DNA of 64,000 nucleotides from Yuukianura sp. NJ FZ-2021 (Eukaryota). The notes below the pieces were generated by a model. It did no database searches. It saw only the letters and a program-made list of their open reading frames with translations, and was not told the origin of the DNA. This document shows, piece after piece, positions 42,201 to 54,976 of this stretch (within the stretch, counting starts at the first letter, position 1; every line of letters begins with the position of its first letter). The stretch covers positions 806,001-870,000 of the forward strand of contig JAJCTO010000009.1 in assembly GCA_046563655.1 (NCBI GenBank), given 5' to 3'. Both the position numbers and the translations under genes were made by a program.

Positions 42201-45200
42201 CAATGACTCCGACGGCAATTTAGCTTCAGGGGATCCCATTATTACATTTTCTAAATCAAAATCGAACATTCCGCATTATTTGTTTTTTTGATTAAAATTG
42301 TTAGGAAAGACATTTTTATGTCATACTACCACCTTGCACTTCCAATAAAGCACACCTGAATAACTGGTGTTCAACAATTATCTGGAATTATATTTTAGCC
42401 CAACTCCACTATGCAACAAGTGCATAAATCTAACCGTCATTTAGGTTTAAACTAATGTGTGAACTATACAACGAAATTTTAAACATACTGAAAAATGGAA
42501 TTTATGCCTTGTTATTGCTTATAACGTCTTCATGGAACGCATCTAATACCGGTCCACTTTGTCGTAGTGCATCAACGACTATTACACACGGTGAACCACT
42601 TGTTGTCAGCCTTCATCTTTGAGCTCAAAAGAGAAGTGCCGGTGAAATGACAAGCTCGCCCTCACTACAGATACCAACCAGTACTCATTTTGACACTATG
42701 AATCACAATGACTCAGACGGCAACTGAACTTCAGGGGAAATCACATTATTACATTTTCTAAATCAAAATCGAACATTCAGCATTATTTGTTATTTTGATT
42801 AAAATTTTTAGAAAATACTTTTTTATGTCATACTACCACCTTGCACTTCCGATAAAGCACACCTGAATAACTGGTGCTCAACACTAATCTGGAATTATAT
42901 TTTAGCCCAACTCCACTATGCAACAAGTGCTTAAATCTAACTGTCATTTTGGTATAAACTAATGTGGGAACTATACAACGAAGTTTTAAACATACCGAAA
43001 AATGGAATTTATGCCTTGTTATCGCTCATAACCATGTTCATGAAACGCATCTAGTACCGGTCCACTTTGTCGTAGTGCATCAACGACTATTACACACGGT
43101 GAACCAATTGTTGTCAGCCTTCACATTTGAGCTCAAAGGAGAAGTGCCGGTGAAATGACAAGCTCGCCCTCACTACAAATACCAACCAGTACTCATTTTG
43201 ACACCATGAATCACAATGACTCCGACGGCAATTTAGCTTCAGGGGATCCCATTATTACATTTTCTAAATCAAAATCGAACATTCCGCATTATTTGTTTTT
43301 TTGATTAAAATTGTTAGGAAAGACATTTTTATGTCATACTACCACCTTGCACTTCCAATAAAGCACACCTGAATAACTGGTGTTCAACAATTATCTGGAA
43401 TTATATTTTAGCCCAACTCCACTATGCAACAAGTGCATAAATCTAACCGTCATTTAGGTTTAACTAATGTGTGAACTATACAACGAAATTTTAAACATAC
43501 TGAAAAATGGAATTTATGCCTTGTTATTGCTTATAACGTCTTCATGGAACGCATCTAATACCGGTCCACTTTGTCGTAGTGCATCAACGACTATTACACA
43601 CGGTGAACCACTTGTTGTCAGCCTTCATCTTTGAGCTCAAAAGAGAAGTGCCGGTGAAATGACAAGCTCGCCCTCACTACAGATACCAACCAGTACTCAT
43701 TTTGACACTATGAATCACAATGACTCAGACGGCAACTGAACTTCAGGGGAAATCACATTATTACATTTTCTAAATCAAAATCGAACATTCCGCAGTTTTT
43801 GTTATTTTGATTTAAAATTGTTAGGAAAGACTTTTTATGTCATACTACCACCTTGCACTTTCAATAAAGCACACCTCGGTAACTGATGTTCAACAATAAT
43901 CTGGAATTATATTTTACCCCAACTCCACTATGCAACAAATGCATTAATCTAACCGTCATTTAGGTTTAACTAATGTGTGAACAATACAACGAAATTTTAA
44001 ACATACTGAAAAATGGAATTTATGCCTTGTTATCGCTTATAACCATCTTCATGGAACGCATCTAATACCGGTCCACTTTGTCGTAGTGCATCAACGACTA
44101 TTACACACGGTGAACCACTTGTTGTCAGCCTTCATCTTTGAGCACAAAGGAGAAGTGCCGGTGAAATGACAAGCTCGCCCTCACTACAGATACCAACCAG
44201 TACTCATTTTGACACTATGAATCACAATGACTCAGACGGCAACTGAACTTCAGGGGAAATCACATTATTACATTTTCTAAATCAAAATCGAACATTCCGC
44301 AGTTTTTGTTATTTTGATTTAAAATTGTTAGGAAAGACTTTTTATGTCATACTACCACCTTGCACTTTCAATAAAGCACACCTCAGTAACTGATGTTCAA
44401 CAATAATCTGGAATTATATTTTACCCCAACTCCACTATGCAACAAATGCATTAATCTAACCGTCATTTAGGTTTAACTAATGTGTGAACAATACAACGAA
44501 ATTTTAAACATACTGAAAAATGGAATTTATGCCTTGTTATCGCTTATAACCATCTTCATGGAACGCATCTAATACCGGTCCACTTTGTCGTAGTGCATCA
44601 ACGACTATTACACACGGTGAACCACTTGTTGTCAGCCTTCATCTTTGAGCACAAAGGAGAAGTGCCGGTGAAATGACAAGCTCGCCCTCACTACAGATAC
44701 CAACCAGTACTCATTTGGACACTATGAATCACAATGACTCAGACGGCAACTGAACTTCAGGGGAAATCACATTATTACATTTTCTAAATCAAAATCGAAC
44801 ATTCCGCAGTTTTTGTTATTTTGATTTAAAATTGTTAGGAAAGACTTTTTATGTCATACTACCACCTTGCACTTTCAATAAAGCACACCTCAGTAACTGA
44901 TGTTCAACAATAATCTGGAATTATATTTTACCCCAACTCCACTATGCAACAAATGCATTAATCTAACCGTCATTTAGGTTTAACTAATGTGTGAACAATA
45001 CAACGAAATTTTAAACATACTGAAAAATGGAATTTATGCCTTGTTATCGCTTATAACCATCTTCATGGAACGCATCTAATACCGGTCCACTTTGTCGTAG
45101 TGCATCAACGACTATTACACACGGTGAACCACTTGTTGTCAGCCTTCATCTTTGAGCACAAAGGAGAAGTGCCGGTGAAATGACAAGCTCGCCCTCACTA

Positions 45201-47537
45201 CAGATACCAACCAGTACTCATTTGGACACTATGAATCACAATGACTCAGACGGCAACTGAACTTCAGGGGAAATCACATTATTACATTTTCTAAATCAAA
45301 ATCGAACATTCCGCAGTTTTTGTTATTTTGATTTAAATTGTTAGGAAAGACTTTTTATGTCATACTACCACCTTGCACTTTCAATAAAGCACACCTCAGT
45401 AACTGATGTTCAACAATAATCTGGAATTATATTTTACCCCAACTCCACTATGCAACAAATGCATTAATCTAACCGTCATTTAGGTTTAACTAATGTGTGA
45501 ACAATACAACGAAATTTTAAACATACTGAAAAATGGAATTTATGCCTTGTTATCGCTTATAACCATCTTCATGGAACGCATCTAATACCGGTCCACTTTG
45601 TCGTAGTGCATCAACGACTATTACACACGGTGAACCACTTGTTGTCAGCCTTCATCTTTGAGCACAAAGGAGAAGTGCCGGTGAAATGACAAGCTCGCCC
45701 TCACTACAGATACCAACCAGTACTCATTTTGACACTATGAATCACAATGACTCAGACGGCAACTGAACTTCAGGGGAAATCACATTATTACATTTTCTAA
45801 ATCAAAATCGAACATTCAGCATTATTTGTTATTTTGATTAAAATTTTTAGAAAATACTTTTTTATGTCATACTACCACCTTGCACTTCCAACAAAACACA
45901 CCTGAATAACTGGTGCTCAACACTAATCTGGAATTATGTTTTAGCCCAACTCCACTATGCAACAAGTGCATAAATCTAACTGTCATTTTGGTATAAACTA
46001 ATGTGGGAACTATACAACGAAGTTTTAAGCATACCGAAAAATGGAATTTATGCCTTGTTATCGCTTATAACCATGTTCATGGAACGCATCTAATACCGGT
46101 CCACTTTGTTGTAGTGCATCAACGACTATTACACACGGTGAACCACTTGTTGTCAGCCTTCATCTTTGGGCACAAAGGAGAAGTGCCGGTGAAATGACAA
46201 GCTCGCCCTCACTACAGATACCAACCAGTACTCATTTTGACACTATGAATCACAATGACTCAGACGGCAACTGAACTTCAGGGGAAATCCCATTATTACG
46301 TTTTCTAAATCAAAATCGAACATACAGCATTAATTGTTATTTTGATTAAAAGTTTTAGGAAATACTTTTTTATGTCATACTTCCAATAAAGCACACCTGA
46401 GTAACTGGTGTTCAACAATAATCTGGAATTATATTTTAGCCCAACTCCACTATGCAACAAATGCATTAATCTAACCGTCATTTAGGTTTAAACTAATGTG
46501 TGAACAATACAACGAAATTTTAAACATACTGAAAAATGGAATTTATGCCTTGTTATCGCTTATAACCATCTTCATGGAACGCATCTAATACCGGTCCACT
46601 TTGTCGTAGTGCATCAACGACTATTACACACGGTGAACCACTTGTTGTCAGCCTTCATCTTTGAGCACAAAGGAGAAGTGCCGGTGAAATGACAAGCTCG
46701 CCCTCACTACAAATACCAACCAGTACTCATTTTGACACTATGAATCACAATGACTCAGACGGCAACTGAACTTCAGGGGAAATCATATTATTACATTTTC
46801 TAAATCAAAATCGAACATTCCGCAGTGTTTGTTATTTTGATTAAAATTGTTATAAAAGACTTTTTTATGTCATACTACCACCTTGCACTTTCAATAAAGC
46901 ACACCTGGGTAACTGAAGTTCAACAATAATCTGGAATTATATTTTAGCCCAACTCCACTATGCAACAAATGCATTAATCTAACCGTCATTTAGGTTTAAC
47001 TAATGTGTGAACAATACAACGAAATTTTAAACATACTGAAAAATGGAATTTATGCCTTGTTATCGCTTATAACCATCTTCATGGAACGCATCTAATACCG
47101 GTCCACTTTGTCGTAGTGCATCAACGACTATTACACACGGTGAACCACTTGTTGTCAGCCTTCATCTTTGAGCACAAAGGAGAAGTGCCGGTGAAATGAC
47201 AAGCTCGCCCTCACTACAAATACCAACCAGTACTCATTTTGACACTATGAATCACAATGACTCAGACGGCAACTGAACTTCAGGGGAAATCACATTATTA
47301 CATTTTCTAAATCAAAATCGAACATTCCGCAGTGTTTGTTATTTTGATTAAAATTGTTATAAAAGACTTTTTTATGTCATACTACCACCTTGCACTTTCA
47401 ATAAAGCACACCTGGGTAACTGAAGTTCAACAATAATCTGGAATTATATTTTAGCCCAACTACACTATGCAACAAATGCATTAATCTAACCGTCATTTAG
47501 GTTTAACTAATGTGTGAACAATACAACGAAATTTTAA
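33291..47537. repeat. Same ~507 bp satellite, about 28 copies, between the LTR element and the LINE
   Basis: Resumes in register at GCAACAAGTG right after the LTR element and ends at ...CGAAATTTTAA before the LINE tail. Confidence 0.98.
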
Positions 47538-47757
47538 TCAATCAATCAATCAATTATTTATTTGATTTGGCCTTTTGCCCTATCAATACAAATCCTGCAG
47601 CTCGTTTAAGTTAAAGTAATAAATCAAATTAGCATGAGTCAAAACACGTAAAAAAAGGTAAAATAAGTAAGATGATGTAAGTAATACAGAGTCCATTATG
47701 AAATTTGGAGGATTTGATGATGTGTACCATGGGGGAGAATTTCCGGGGTGCCCGGGT

Positions 47758-50700
47758 TCATCGGTTCAGCGTTGGCTCGAACATTGACAGCACTCTTGGA
47801 TTTAATATGTGGAGGTTCTTGATAAATGTGATGTCTTTGGAATGTGAACTAACCCATACAATTGGGCATTGGTGCGGTGGGATGTGCAGATGGTTTCGGT
47901 GTGTATTAGTCTGTGGACAGGCCCATAGAGCGTGGTAATAAGACAGTTGGTCCCCACAGAAACTGCAGTACTTTTCTTTGAACTGGCCGAGGTCAAGCCA
48001 TTTTCGGTTGTGGTAGATCTGGTTCATGTTCAGTCGGATCTGAATGACTGTTCTGGTGAGGTAGGCCGGGAACCGTTTAGACAGTAATTCCTTCGCTGGG
48101 AAATCTTCCTCGAGGATAGAGTAGTGTGGTATGGAACGGGACAACGAAGCCCTTCTCTTGTCTGATTCCCGGTAGAAGTTCGCAAGGTTCTTGATTACTG
48201 TTTTTGTTTTTGCTCTGATGTCTTGAATGTTTCCACCATCATAGGCGCCCTCTTCCCCGATTTGAGTAAGGACAGCTCTAAGCTGTAGGCACCAGCTGTA
48301 TTTTTGGTCAGGTTGGAGTGACGTAACTTTCCTTAGTTGTTGATATGCGTTTTTGGTGAGGTCAGAACAGGATTTGGTATGTAATTTTGCGAACAAGTGC
48401 CAGGCTCTTTTGACAATTTCGAATTCTAAAGGAAGAGACTCAGTTTCCAGCCGTATGAAGTACCTGGGAGTAGTGAACGGTAATTGGAAAACTCGTTTGT
48501 AGTAGTTTTGTTGAACCGTTTCTACTAAGTTAGAGTGGGGTAAACCCCATGTTTCACAGTTGTATAAGGCTGTGGATTTTACTAGTGAATTTAGTAGCTT
48601 TTTGGCCGTCCATAGGTCGATGTACGCAGATTTCTTGAGTAAGCCAAAAACTGCTCCTTGTGCTGAAGTTCCTTTCTCTACTGCGCTCTTTGCATTTTTT
48701 TGGAATGTGCCGTTAGATTGGAAGGTCACACCAAGGTACTTATATTCTGCCACTGTTTCTATTCGAGTTCCATTCCAAAAGAACAGGTCGTCTTTCCGTA
48801 GTCTCCCCGATCGACGGAATGGTACAACCTTTGTTTTTGTGAGGTTGACCTGGAGACCTCTGGCTTTGAAGAAGTTGGAGGCGATTTTGATTTTCTCTTG
48901 AAGCAGCTCCTTGGACTGTGCTGTGATGACAAGGTCATCAGCGTATAAAAGAACATGAATAATGCGGGAGCCCAGAGTGTAGCCTTTGAGTAATGAATTG
49001 GTAAACCTGTTTACGAGGTCTTCAATGAACAGATTGAAAAGGGTGGGACTGGCAGATTCACCTTGGAGCACCCCTTTCATTATTTTAATCGGATCTGTAA
49101 GTCCTTCGCTGGTATTAACTTGGGTAGTGGCGTTGTCATAGAGGGACTTGAACACTTTTAGAAATTTGGTTGAGACGCCCATGTTTCCCAGGACCTCCCA
49201 TAGTAGAATGTGGTTTGGGGTGTCAAAAGCCTGTGACAAGTCAACGAATGCGACATATAACTCCTTTTGTTTCAACATCTGGCATTGAATCATAGCCATT
49301 AATGTAAATATGTGGTCAGTGCAGGATCTAGATTTTCTGAAGCCAGCTTGAAAATCCGAAATTTTGTTGTTGACATTTATCCAGTTGTTGAGTCTTGTGT
49401 TCATCACTTTAGTAAACAGCTTTAGAATCGTATTCATCAGCGAAATTGGACGGTAATTTTGCGGCTGGTCTTTTGGCCCTTTTTTGTATAATGGGAGTAT
49501 TCGAGTATTACACCAGTGAGTTGGCAGTATCCCGTTCTGGAGGATGTTTTGGAAGAGTGTAACTAGGAATATTAGAATGTTCGGGGTGGCCGCTTTCCAT
49601 AACTCATTCGGGATTCTGTCGGGGCCTGTTGCTTTGCGAGTTTTCAACGACTTTGTTGCCATCCTTATCTCAATTGCTGTTACGTCTCGATCTAGTATTT
49701 CATTTTCTACTAATGGTGTATGTAGGATTTGATGATTCGGGACGTCACGGGCTTTGAAGAGGTCCTGGAAATGTTGAAACCACGTATCCTTCGGGATTTT
49801 GTCTTGTGAGGTTGTTTGGGCTGTAAAGTATTTTACCGCCTTCCAGAAGTTTGCCGGGTCTTTGGATGAGTGTAGATGCGAGACAAAATTCGACAGGAAC
49901 AATGATTTCTTGTTAATTAGTTGCTGTTTGTATAGTTTCTGGGCTTCTATATAGAGTTGTGCACATGCCGCTCTGTTCTCTTCGTTGCACCTTCTTAACT
50001 TGCGGAGGGCATTGTTTTTCCTCCATTTCAAGGAGTTCAGCTCCGCGTCAAACCACTTAGGCTTTGGTCTTATTGGTTTTGGCTTTGACTTCGTGTGGTT
50101 GCCTGTTACCTTCGCTGTTTCTACGACTGTTTGTTGTAGTTGAAGGCTAGCTTCGTTTGCATCCTTGATGTCATAATTCAGTGAGGTCTCAAGAAGTTTA
50201 TAGAAGTCGTATTTTGCCATTTTTTCTGTAGGAATTATTAATTTCTCTTGGGTCAGGCCGCTGTGGTTCTGCGGTTGGTTCACCGTGTTTTGAAGGGAGA
50301 CGAGCAAAGGGAAGTGATCGGAGTGATGCCAGTCTAGTATTTTCAAGTCCCTAACGTTGCCTTGCCAGTTCTGGGATGTGAGCACAAGATCTACCACACT
50401 GCACCCTGCGTTTGCTGGGTTTATCATGGTTATTTCTCCTTGTTCATCTCCTGTTATTGCTCCATTACAAATTGTAAGGTTACTCTCGGCCGCAACTGAT
50501 AGCAGGTTTCTCCCGTTTCCATTTATGAACTTGTCCTTGCTTTTTCTTTTGTACAATGGAGTGGTGTTTCTGTCCCCGGTTCTTGAATTTAAGTCACCCA
50601 TTAGCAGTATTGGTTTGTTTGTGAATTTCAGAGTTTCAAGTGTATCAGTCACTAGTTTTTGGTTGGATTTGTCCGGAGGAATGTAGGCGAATAGCAGGAG

Positions 50701-51006
50701 AAATTGTGATTGATGATTGCGGACGGCTAGTAGTATTGAGTGCTCCGTCGTTTCTAGTAAAGTGATTTCTGAGTCTATTGAGCTGTGCCAGCCAAAAATG
50801 AAACCCCCGTAAGGACGTCCCCTGTCTTGTTTTTTGGCTAGGATTTGGTGAACTGTATATTGTTGCTGTAGTATGTGGTTTTTATAATTTTCCCATTGCA
50901 TTGATTCTGATAGGCAGAAAAGAGAAGGTTGGAGTGTCAAGAATTCGTTCCAGAAAGTCGGTCCTAAGTTATTTACACTTTTTGCATTCAAATAGAAGAT
51001 TGTCAT
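47758..51006 (-). CDS. LINE ORF2: AP endonuclease + reverse transcriptase + C-terminal Cys/His motif, 1082 aa
   Basis: CLSE, GDLNSR, SDHFP (APE). GPDRIP, NYRPISL, QAGFR, DLSQAFD, GVLQG, LYADD, YKYLG (RT). CSFCG...H...CP. Confidence 0.96.
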   Translation of the reverse strand: MTIFYLNAKSVNNLGPTFWNEFLTLQPSLFCLSESMQWENYKNHILQQQYTVHQILAKKQDRGRPYGGFIFGWHSSIDSEITLLETTEHSILLAVRNHQSQFLLLFAYIPPDKSNQKLVTDTLETLKFTNKPILLMGDLNSRTGDRNTTPLYKRKSKDKFINGNGRNLLSVAAESNLTICNGAITGDEQGEITMINPANAGCSVVDLVLTSQNWQGNVRDLKILDWHHSDHFPLLVSLQNTVNQPQNHSGLTQEKLIIPTEKMAKYDFYKLLETSLNYDIKDANEASLQLQQTVVETAKVTGNHTKSKPKPIRPKPKWFDAELNSLKWRKNNALRKLRRCNEENRAACAQLYIEAQKLYKQQLINKKSLFLSNFVSHLHSSKDPANFWKAVKYFTAQTTSQDKIPKDTWFQHFQDLFKARDVPNHQILHTPLVENEILDRDVTAIEIRMATKSLKTRKATGPDRIPNELWKAATPNILIFLVTLFQNILQNGILPTHWCNTRILPLYKKGPKDQPQNYRPISLMNTILKLFTKVMNTRLNNWINVNNKISDFQAGFRKSRSCTDHIFTLMAMIQCQMLKQKELYVAFVDLSQAFDTPNHILLWEVLGNMGVSTKFLKVFKSLYDNATTQVNTSEGLTDPIKIMKGVLQGESASPTLFNLFIEDLVNRFTNSLLKGYTLGSRIIHVLLYADDLVITAQSKELLQEKIKIASNFFKARGLQVNLTKTKVVPFRRSGRLRKDDLFFWNGTRIETVAEYKYLGVTFQSNGTFQKNAKSAVEKGTSAQGAVFGLLKKSAYIDLWTAKKLLNSLVKSTALYNCETWGLPHSNLVETVQQNYYKRVFQLPFTTPRYFIRLETESLPLEFEIVKRAWHLFAKLHTKSCSDLTKNAYQQLRKVTSLQPDQKYSWCLQLRAVLTQIGEEGAYDGGNIQDIRAKTKTVIKNLANFYRESDKRRASLSRSIPHYSILEEDFPAKELLSKRFPAYLTRTVIQIRLNMNQIYHNRKWLDLGQFKEKYCSFCGDQLSYYHALWACPQTNTHRNHLHIPPHQCPIVWVSSHSKDITFIKNLHILNPRVLSMFEPTLNR

Positions 51007-51081
51007 GTTGGTTAAAAATGCTTCACTGCAGGATCCTGTACTTGTTTTGTTTGGTAGGCTATTGATAGGGCGGCCGAGTCC

Positions 51082-51843
51082 TCATTTTGGGGCAGGGAAT
51101 GAGCTTCGGGTGGCCGAAGCAAAAGTTCTGGGAATAGTAGGATTGGATGTTCCTGGCGCTAGAGTTCGGGAATCAGCGGCCCGTTGTCTTAACTCGCGAT
51201 TTTTTTGCCGTTCCATTCTGGTTTCCAGAGTAAGGTCTTCGGTAATGGAGTGTATGTCTTTATTTTGAATGAAGGTCTTCCGAAGCTGAAGGGCTTGCAT
51301 GCGTTGAGCGAATGTCGAAATGCGCACTTTGATTGGACGGGGCTTATCAGACGATGGGTTGAATTTTCCAATTCTGAATGCGTCTTCCACGTTGATCCGA
51401 ACTTTGTAGTGGTTAAAAAAGTCGTTGGTGATGTTCAACGTGTTTTCATTGGTAGTTTCCGAGAGTCCGTGGATCAGAATGTTGTTTCGTCTTAATTCGT
51501 CTGTAAGGCGGGAGTTCATTTTTTTCAGTTGATCAATTTCGTTTTGTTGTCGTTCCGTTTTGGATTGTAACTCTTCAATTTGTTCCTGGTATTTCTCAAG
51601 TTTGAGTTCAATGGAATCGCATCTAGCGTCAATTTTTGTTTCAATTCTTGTTTCCAAGTTTGCAAACATTTTTGTCATTGCCTCCATTAAGTCGTCGTTC
51701 GAATGATTTGATCGTTTTGAACTTGGTTCGATTCCAGCGTTTGGTTCCGAATCGGCAGCTCGTTTACTACCTTTACTTTGTGGCAGGAACGGAAGAGTTG
51801 TTTGCGACATGTTCTGTGATACGGGAGAACGTGAGATTGGCAT
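51082..51843 (-). CDS. LINE ORF1: coiled coil + RRM-type domain, 253 aa
   Basis: Coiled-coil region followed by LRRNNILIHGL, AFRIGK, PRPIKV, ITEDLT. Lies directly upstream of ORF2. Confidence 0.9.
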   Translation of the reverse strand: MPISRSPVSQNMSQTTLPFLPQSKGSKRAADSEPNAGIEPSSKRSNHSNDDLMEAMTKMFANLETRIETKIDARCDSIELKLEKYQEQIEELQSKTERQQNEIDQLKKMNSRLTDELRRNNILIHGLSETTNENTLNITNDFFNHYKVRINVEDAFRIGKFNPSSDKPRPIKVRISTFAQRMQALQLRKTFIQNKDIHSITEDLTLETRMERQKNRELRQRAADSRTLAPGTSNPTIPRTFASATRSSFPAPK

Positions 51844-51855
51844 CGACTGTCCTGT

Positions 51856-52563
51856 GGATTACTTTAACCAAGTTATCCTGAGGATTACTTTAACCAAGTT
51901 ATCCTGTGGATTACCTTCACCAGGTTATCCTGATGGATTACTTTAACCAAGTTATCCTGTGGATTACTTTAACCAAGTTATCCTGTGGATTACTTTAACC
52001 AAGTTATCCTGTGGATTACCTTCACCAGGTTATCCTGATGGATTACTTTAACCAAGTTATCCTGTGGATTACTTTAACCAAGTTATCCTGTGGATTACTT
52101 TAACCAAGGTATCCTGTGGATTACCTTCACCAGGTTATCCTGTTTTGATGGATTACTTTAACCAAGTTATCCTGTGGATTACTTTTACCAAGTTATCCTT
52201 TGGATTACTTTAACCAAGTTATCCTGTGGATTACTTTAACCAAGTTATCCTTTGGATTACTTTAACCAAGTTATCCTGTGGATTACTTTAACCAAGTTAT
52301 CCTTTGGATTACTTTAACCAAGTTATCCTGTGGGTTAGGTTAAGATAGATTTCCTGGAGATTGGTTAGACGCAGATGATTTCTTCAAAACTGGGTATGTC
52401 GATGTCCCTTTTACGCTTCCGTATGTTTGAAATGTGAAAACGATTTGTAGATATGTTTGACCGTCGGAGTTGGTTATCCTGTTTTGATGGATTACTTTAA
52501 TCAAGTTATCCTGTGGATTACTTTAACCAAGTTATCCTGTGGGTTATCCTAACCAGGTTATCC
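51856..52563. repeat. 26 bp minisatellite in LINE 5' UTR (18 tandem units at 51856-52328 plus 3 at 52489-52563)
   Basis: Unit GGATTACTTTAACCAAGTTATCC(TGT). Variant GGATTACCTTCACCAGGTTATCC at units 3, 7 and 11. Confidence 0.96.
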
Positions 52564-53159
52564 TGTGGAGATTGGTTAGAAAGATGTTTTATCAAAACTG
52601 GATATCTCGATGTCACTTTTACGCTTCCGTAATTTTCAGTTGACGAGTGGCACTTGCCTTTGCCGTTTAGTAGTTGATTGTTATTGATTATTGGTAGTCT
52701 GTTAGCCACTGATGATTCGTTTGTCCCGAGACACCAGGGTATTGCGTTACCTTGATTAGTGTTTGTAGTTGTCCACAAGTACGAAATTCGGTCAGCTGAT
52801 CGAAAAGTACTAAAAAATCCCACAATTAACTGCCTGGTACTGCCAATAGTGGTATCAGCGTGTTCGGGAAGAGTTCCTCTGTTGAATTCCAGTTGTTTCC
52901 AGTGACTCAGGTTAGTTAATTGGTAGTTAAAAATGATTAATTAGAGAGTCTATCTGCAGTCCTATCTGTGTCTGCACCCGGAAGAAGAGGAACCGATGAT
53001 GGGGGGTCAAGTAGTGGGAGTGTGACTCCCTCAGCTAGTTGTAAGGTTTTGAGTGTATGGATACTAACTGGCAACTGTAACCACAAATTCCAGAGATAAG
53101 TTGAATTATTGCTAAATGTTAATTAATACTGAACAGAACAATGAGATGAGATGCACTGG

Positions 53160-54976
53160 CTGAAAAATGGAATTTATGCCTTGTTATTGCTTATAACCAT
53201 CTTCATGGAACGCATCTAATACCGGTCCACTTTGTCGTAGTGCATCAACGACTATTACACACGGTGAACCACTTGTTGTCAGCCTTCATCTTTGAGCACA
53301 AAGGAGAAGTGCCGGTGAAATGACAAGCTCGCCCTCACTACAAATACCAACCAGTACTCATTTTGACACTATGAATCACAATGACTCAGACGGCAACTGA
53401 ACTTCAGGGGAAATCACATTATTACATTTTCTAAATCAAAATCGAACATTCCGCAGTGTTTGTTATTTTGATTAAAATTGTTATAAAAGACTTTTTTATG
53501 TCATACTACCACCTTGCACTTTCAATAAAGCACACCTGGGTAACTGAAGTTCAACAATAATCTGGAATTATATTTTAGCCCAACTACACTATGCAACAAA
53601 TGCATTAATCTAACCGTCATTTAGGTTTAACTAATGTGTGAACAATACAACGAAATTTTAAACATACTGAAAAATGGAATTTATGCCTTGCTATCGCTTA
53701 TAACCATCTTCATGGAACGCATCTAATACCGGTCCACTTTGTCGTAGTGCATCAACGACTATTACACACGGTGAACCACTTGTTGTCAGCCTTCATCTTT
53801 GAGCACAAAGGAGAAGTGCCGGTGAAATGACAAGCTCGCCCTCACTACAAATACCAACCAGTACTCATTTTGACACTATGAATCACAATGACTCAGACGG
53901 CAACTGAACTTCAGGGGAAATCACATTATTACATTTTCTAAATCAAAATCGAACATTCCGCAGTGTTTGTTATTTTGATTAAAATTGTTATAAAAGACTT
54001 TTTTATGTCATACTACCACCTTGCACTTTCAATAAAGCACACCTGGGTAACTGAAGTTCAACAATAATCTGGAATTATATTTTAGCCCAACTACACTATG
54101 CAACAAATGCATTAATCTAACCGTCATTTAGGTTTAACTAATGTGTGAACAATACAACGAAATTTTAAACATACTGAAAAATGGAATTTATGCCTTGCTA
54201 TCGCTTATAACCATCTTCATGGAACGCATCTAATACCGGTCCACTTTGTCGTAGTGCATCAACGACTATTACACACGGTGAACCACTTGTTGTCAGCCTT
54301 CATCTTTGAGCACAAAGGAGAAGTGCCGGTGAAATGACAAGCTCGCCCTCACTACAAATACCAACCAGTACTCATTTTGACACTATGAATCACAATGACT
54401 CAGACGGCAACTGAACTTCAGGGGAAATCACATTATTACATTTTCTAAATCAAAATCGAACATTCCGCAGTGTTTGTTATTTTGATTAAAATTGTTATAA
54501 AAGACTTTTTTATGTCATACTACCACCTTGCACTTTCAATAAAGCACACCTGGGTAACTGAAGTTCAACAATAATCTGGAATTATATTTTAGCCCAACTA
54601 CACTATGCAACAAATGCATTAATCTAACCGTCATTTAGGTTTAACTAATGTGTGAACAATACAACGAAATTTTAAACATACTGAAAAATGGAATTTATGC
54701 CTTGCTATCGCTTATAACCATCTTCATGGAACGCATCTAATACCGGTCCACTTTGTCGTAGTGCATCAACGACTATTACACACGGTGAACCACTTGTTGT
54801 CAGCCTTCATCTTTGTGCACAAAGGAGAAGTGCCGGTGAAATGACAAGCTCGCCCTCACTACAGATACCAACCAGTACTCATTTTGACACTATGAATCAC
54901 AATGACTCAGACGGCAACTGAACTTCAGGGGAAATCACATTATTACATTTTCTAAATCAAAATCGAACATTCCGCA
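53160..54976. repeat. Same satellite, ~3.6 nearly identical edge-variant monomers
   Basis: Resumes at CTGAAAAATGG. Carries the GTTATAAAAGAC / CTGGGTAACTGAAG variants also seen at 46850-47470. Confidence 0.97.

Larger units (their letters stand above)
47538..53159 (-). mobile_element. Apparently full-length non-LTR retrotransposon (APE-RT LINE; L2/RTEX-like, clade not resolved)
   Basis: Two open ORFs, ~1.3 kb 5' UTR, 3' end AATAAA followed by (TTGA)n. Satellite on both sides. Confidence 0.95.

Noticed and set aside
685..46197. Dozens of near-identical 64 aa ORFs (MGTIQRSF...) as a tandem gene family
   Set aside because: They start at GTG, exist only in monomers with one variant, are broken in the others, and show no protein motif. 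They are a by-product of the satellite.
51856..52328. CRISPR array
   Set aside because: Palindromic units are separated by only 3-9 nt of near-constant sequence, there are no unique spacers or cas genes, and the context is a LINE 5' UTR.
52920..53159. HDV-like ribozyme at the LINE 5' end
   Set aside because: A GGGAGT/ACTCCC hairpin is present but I could not build the nested double pseudoknot.
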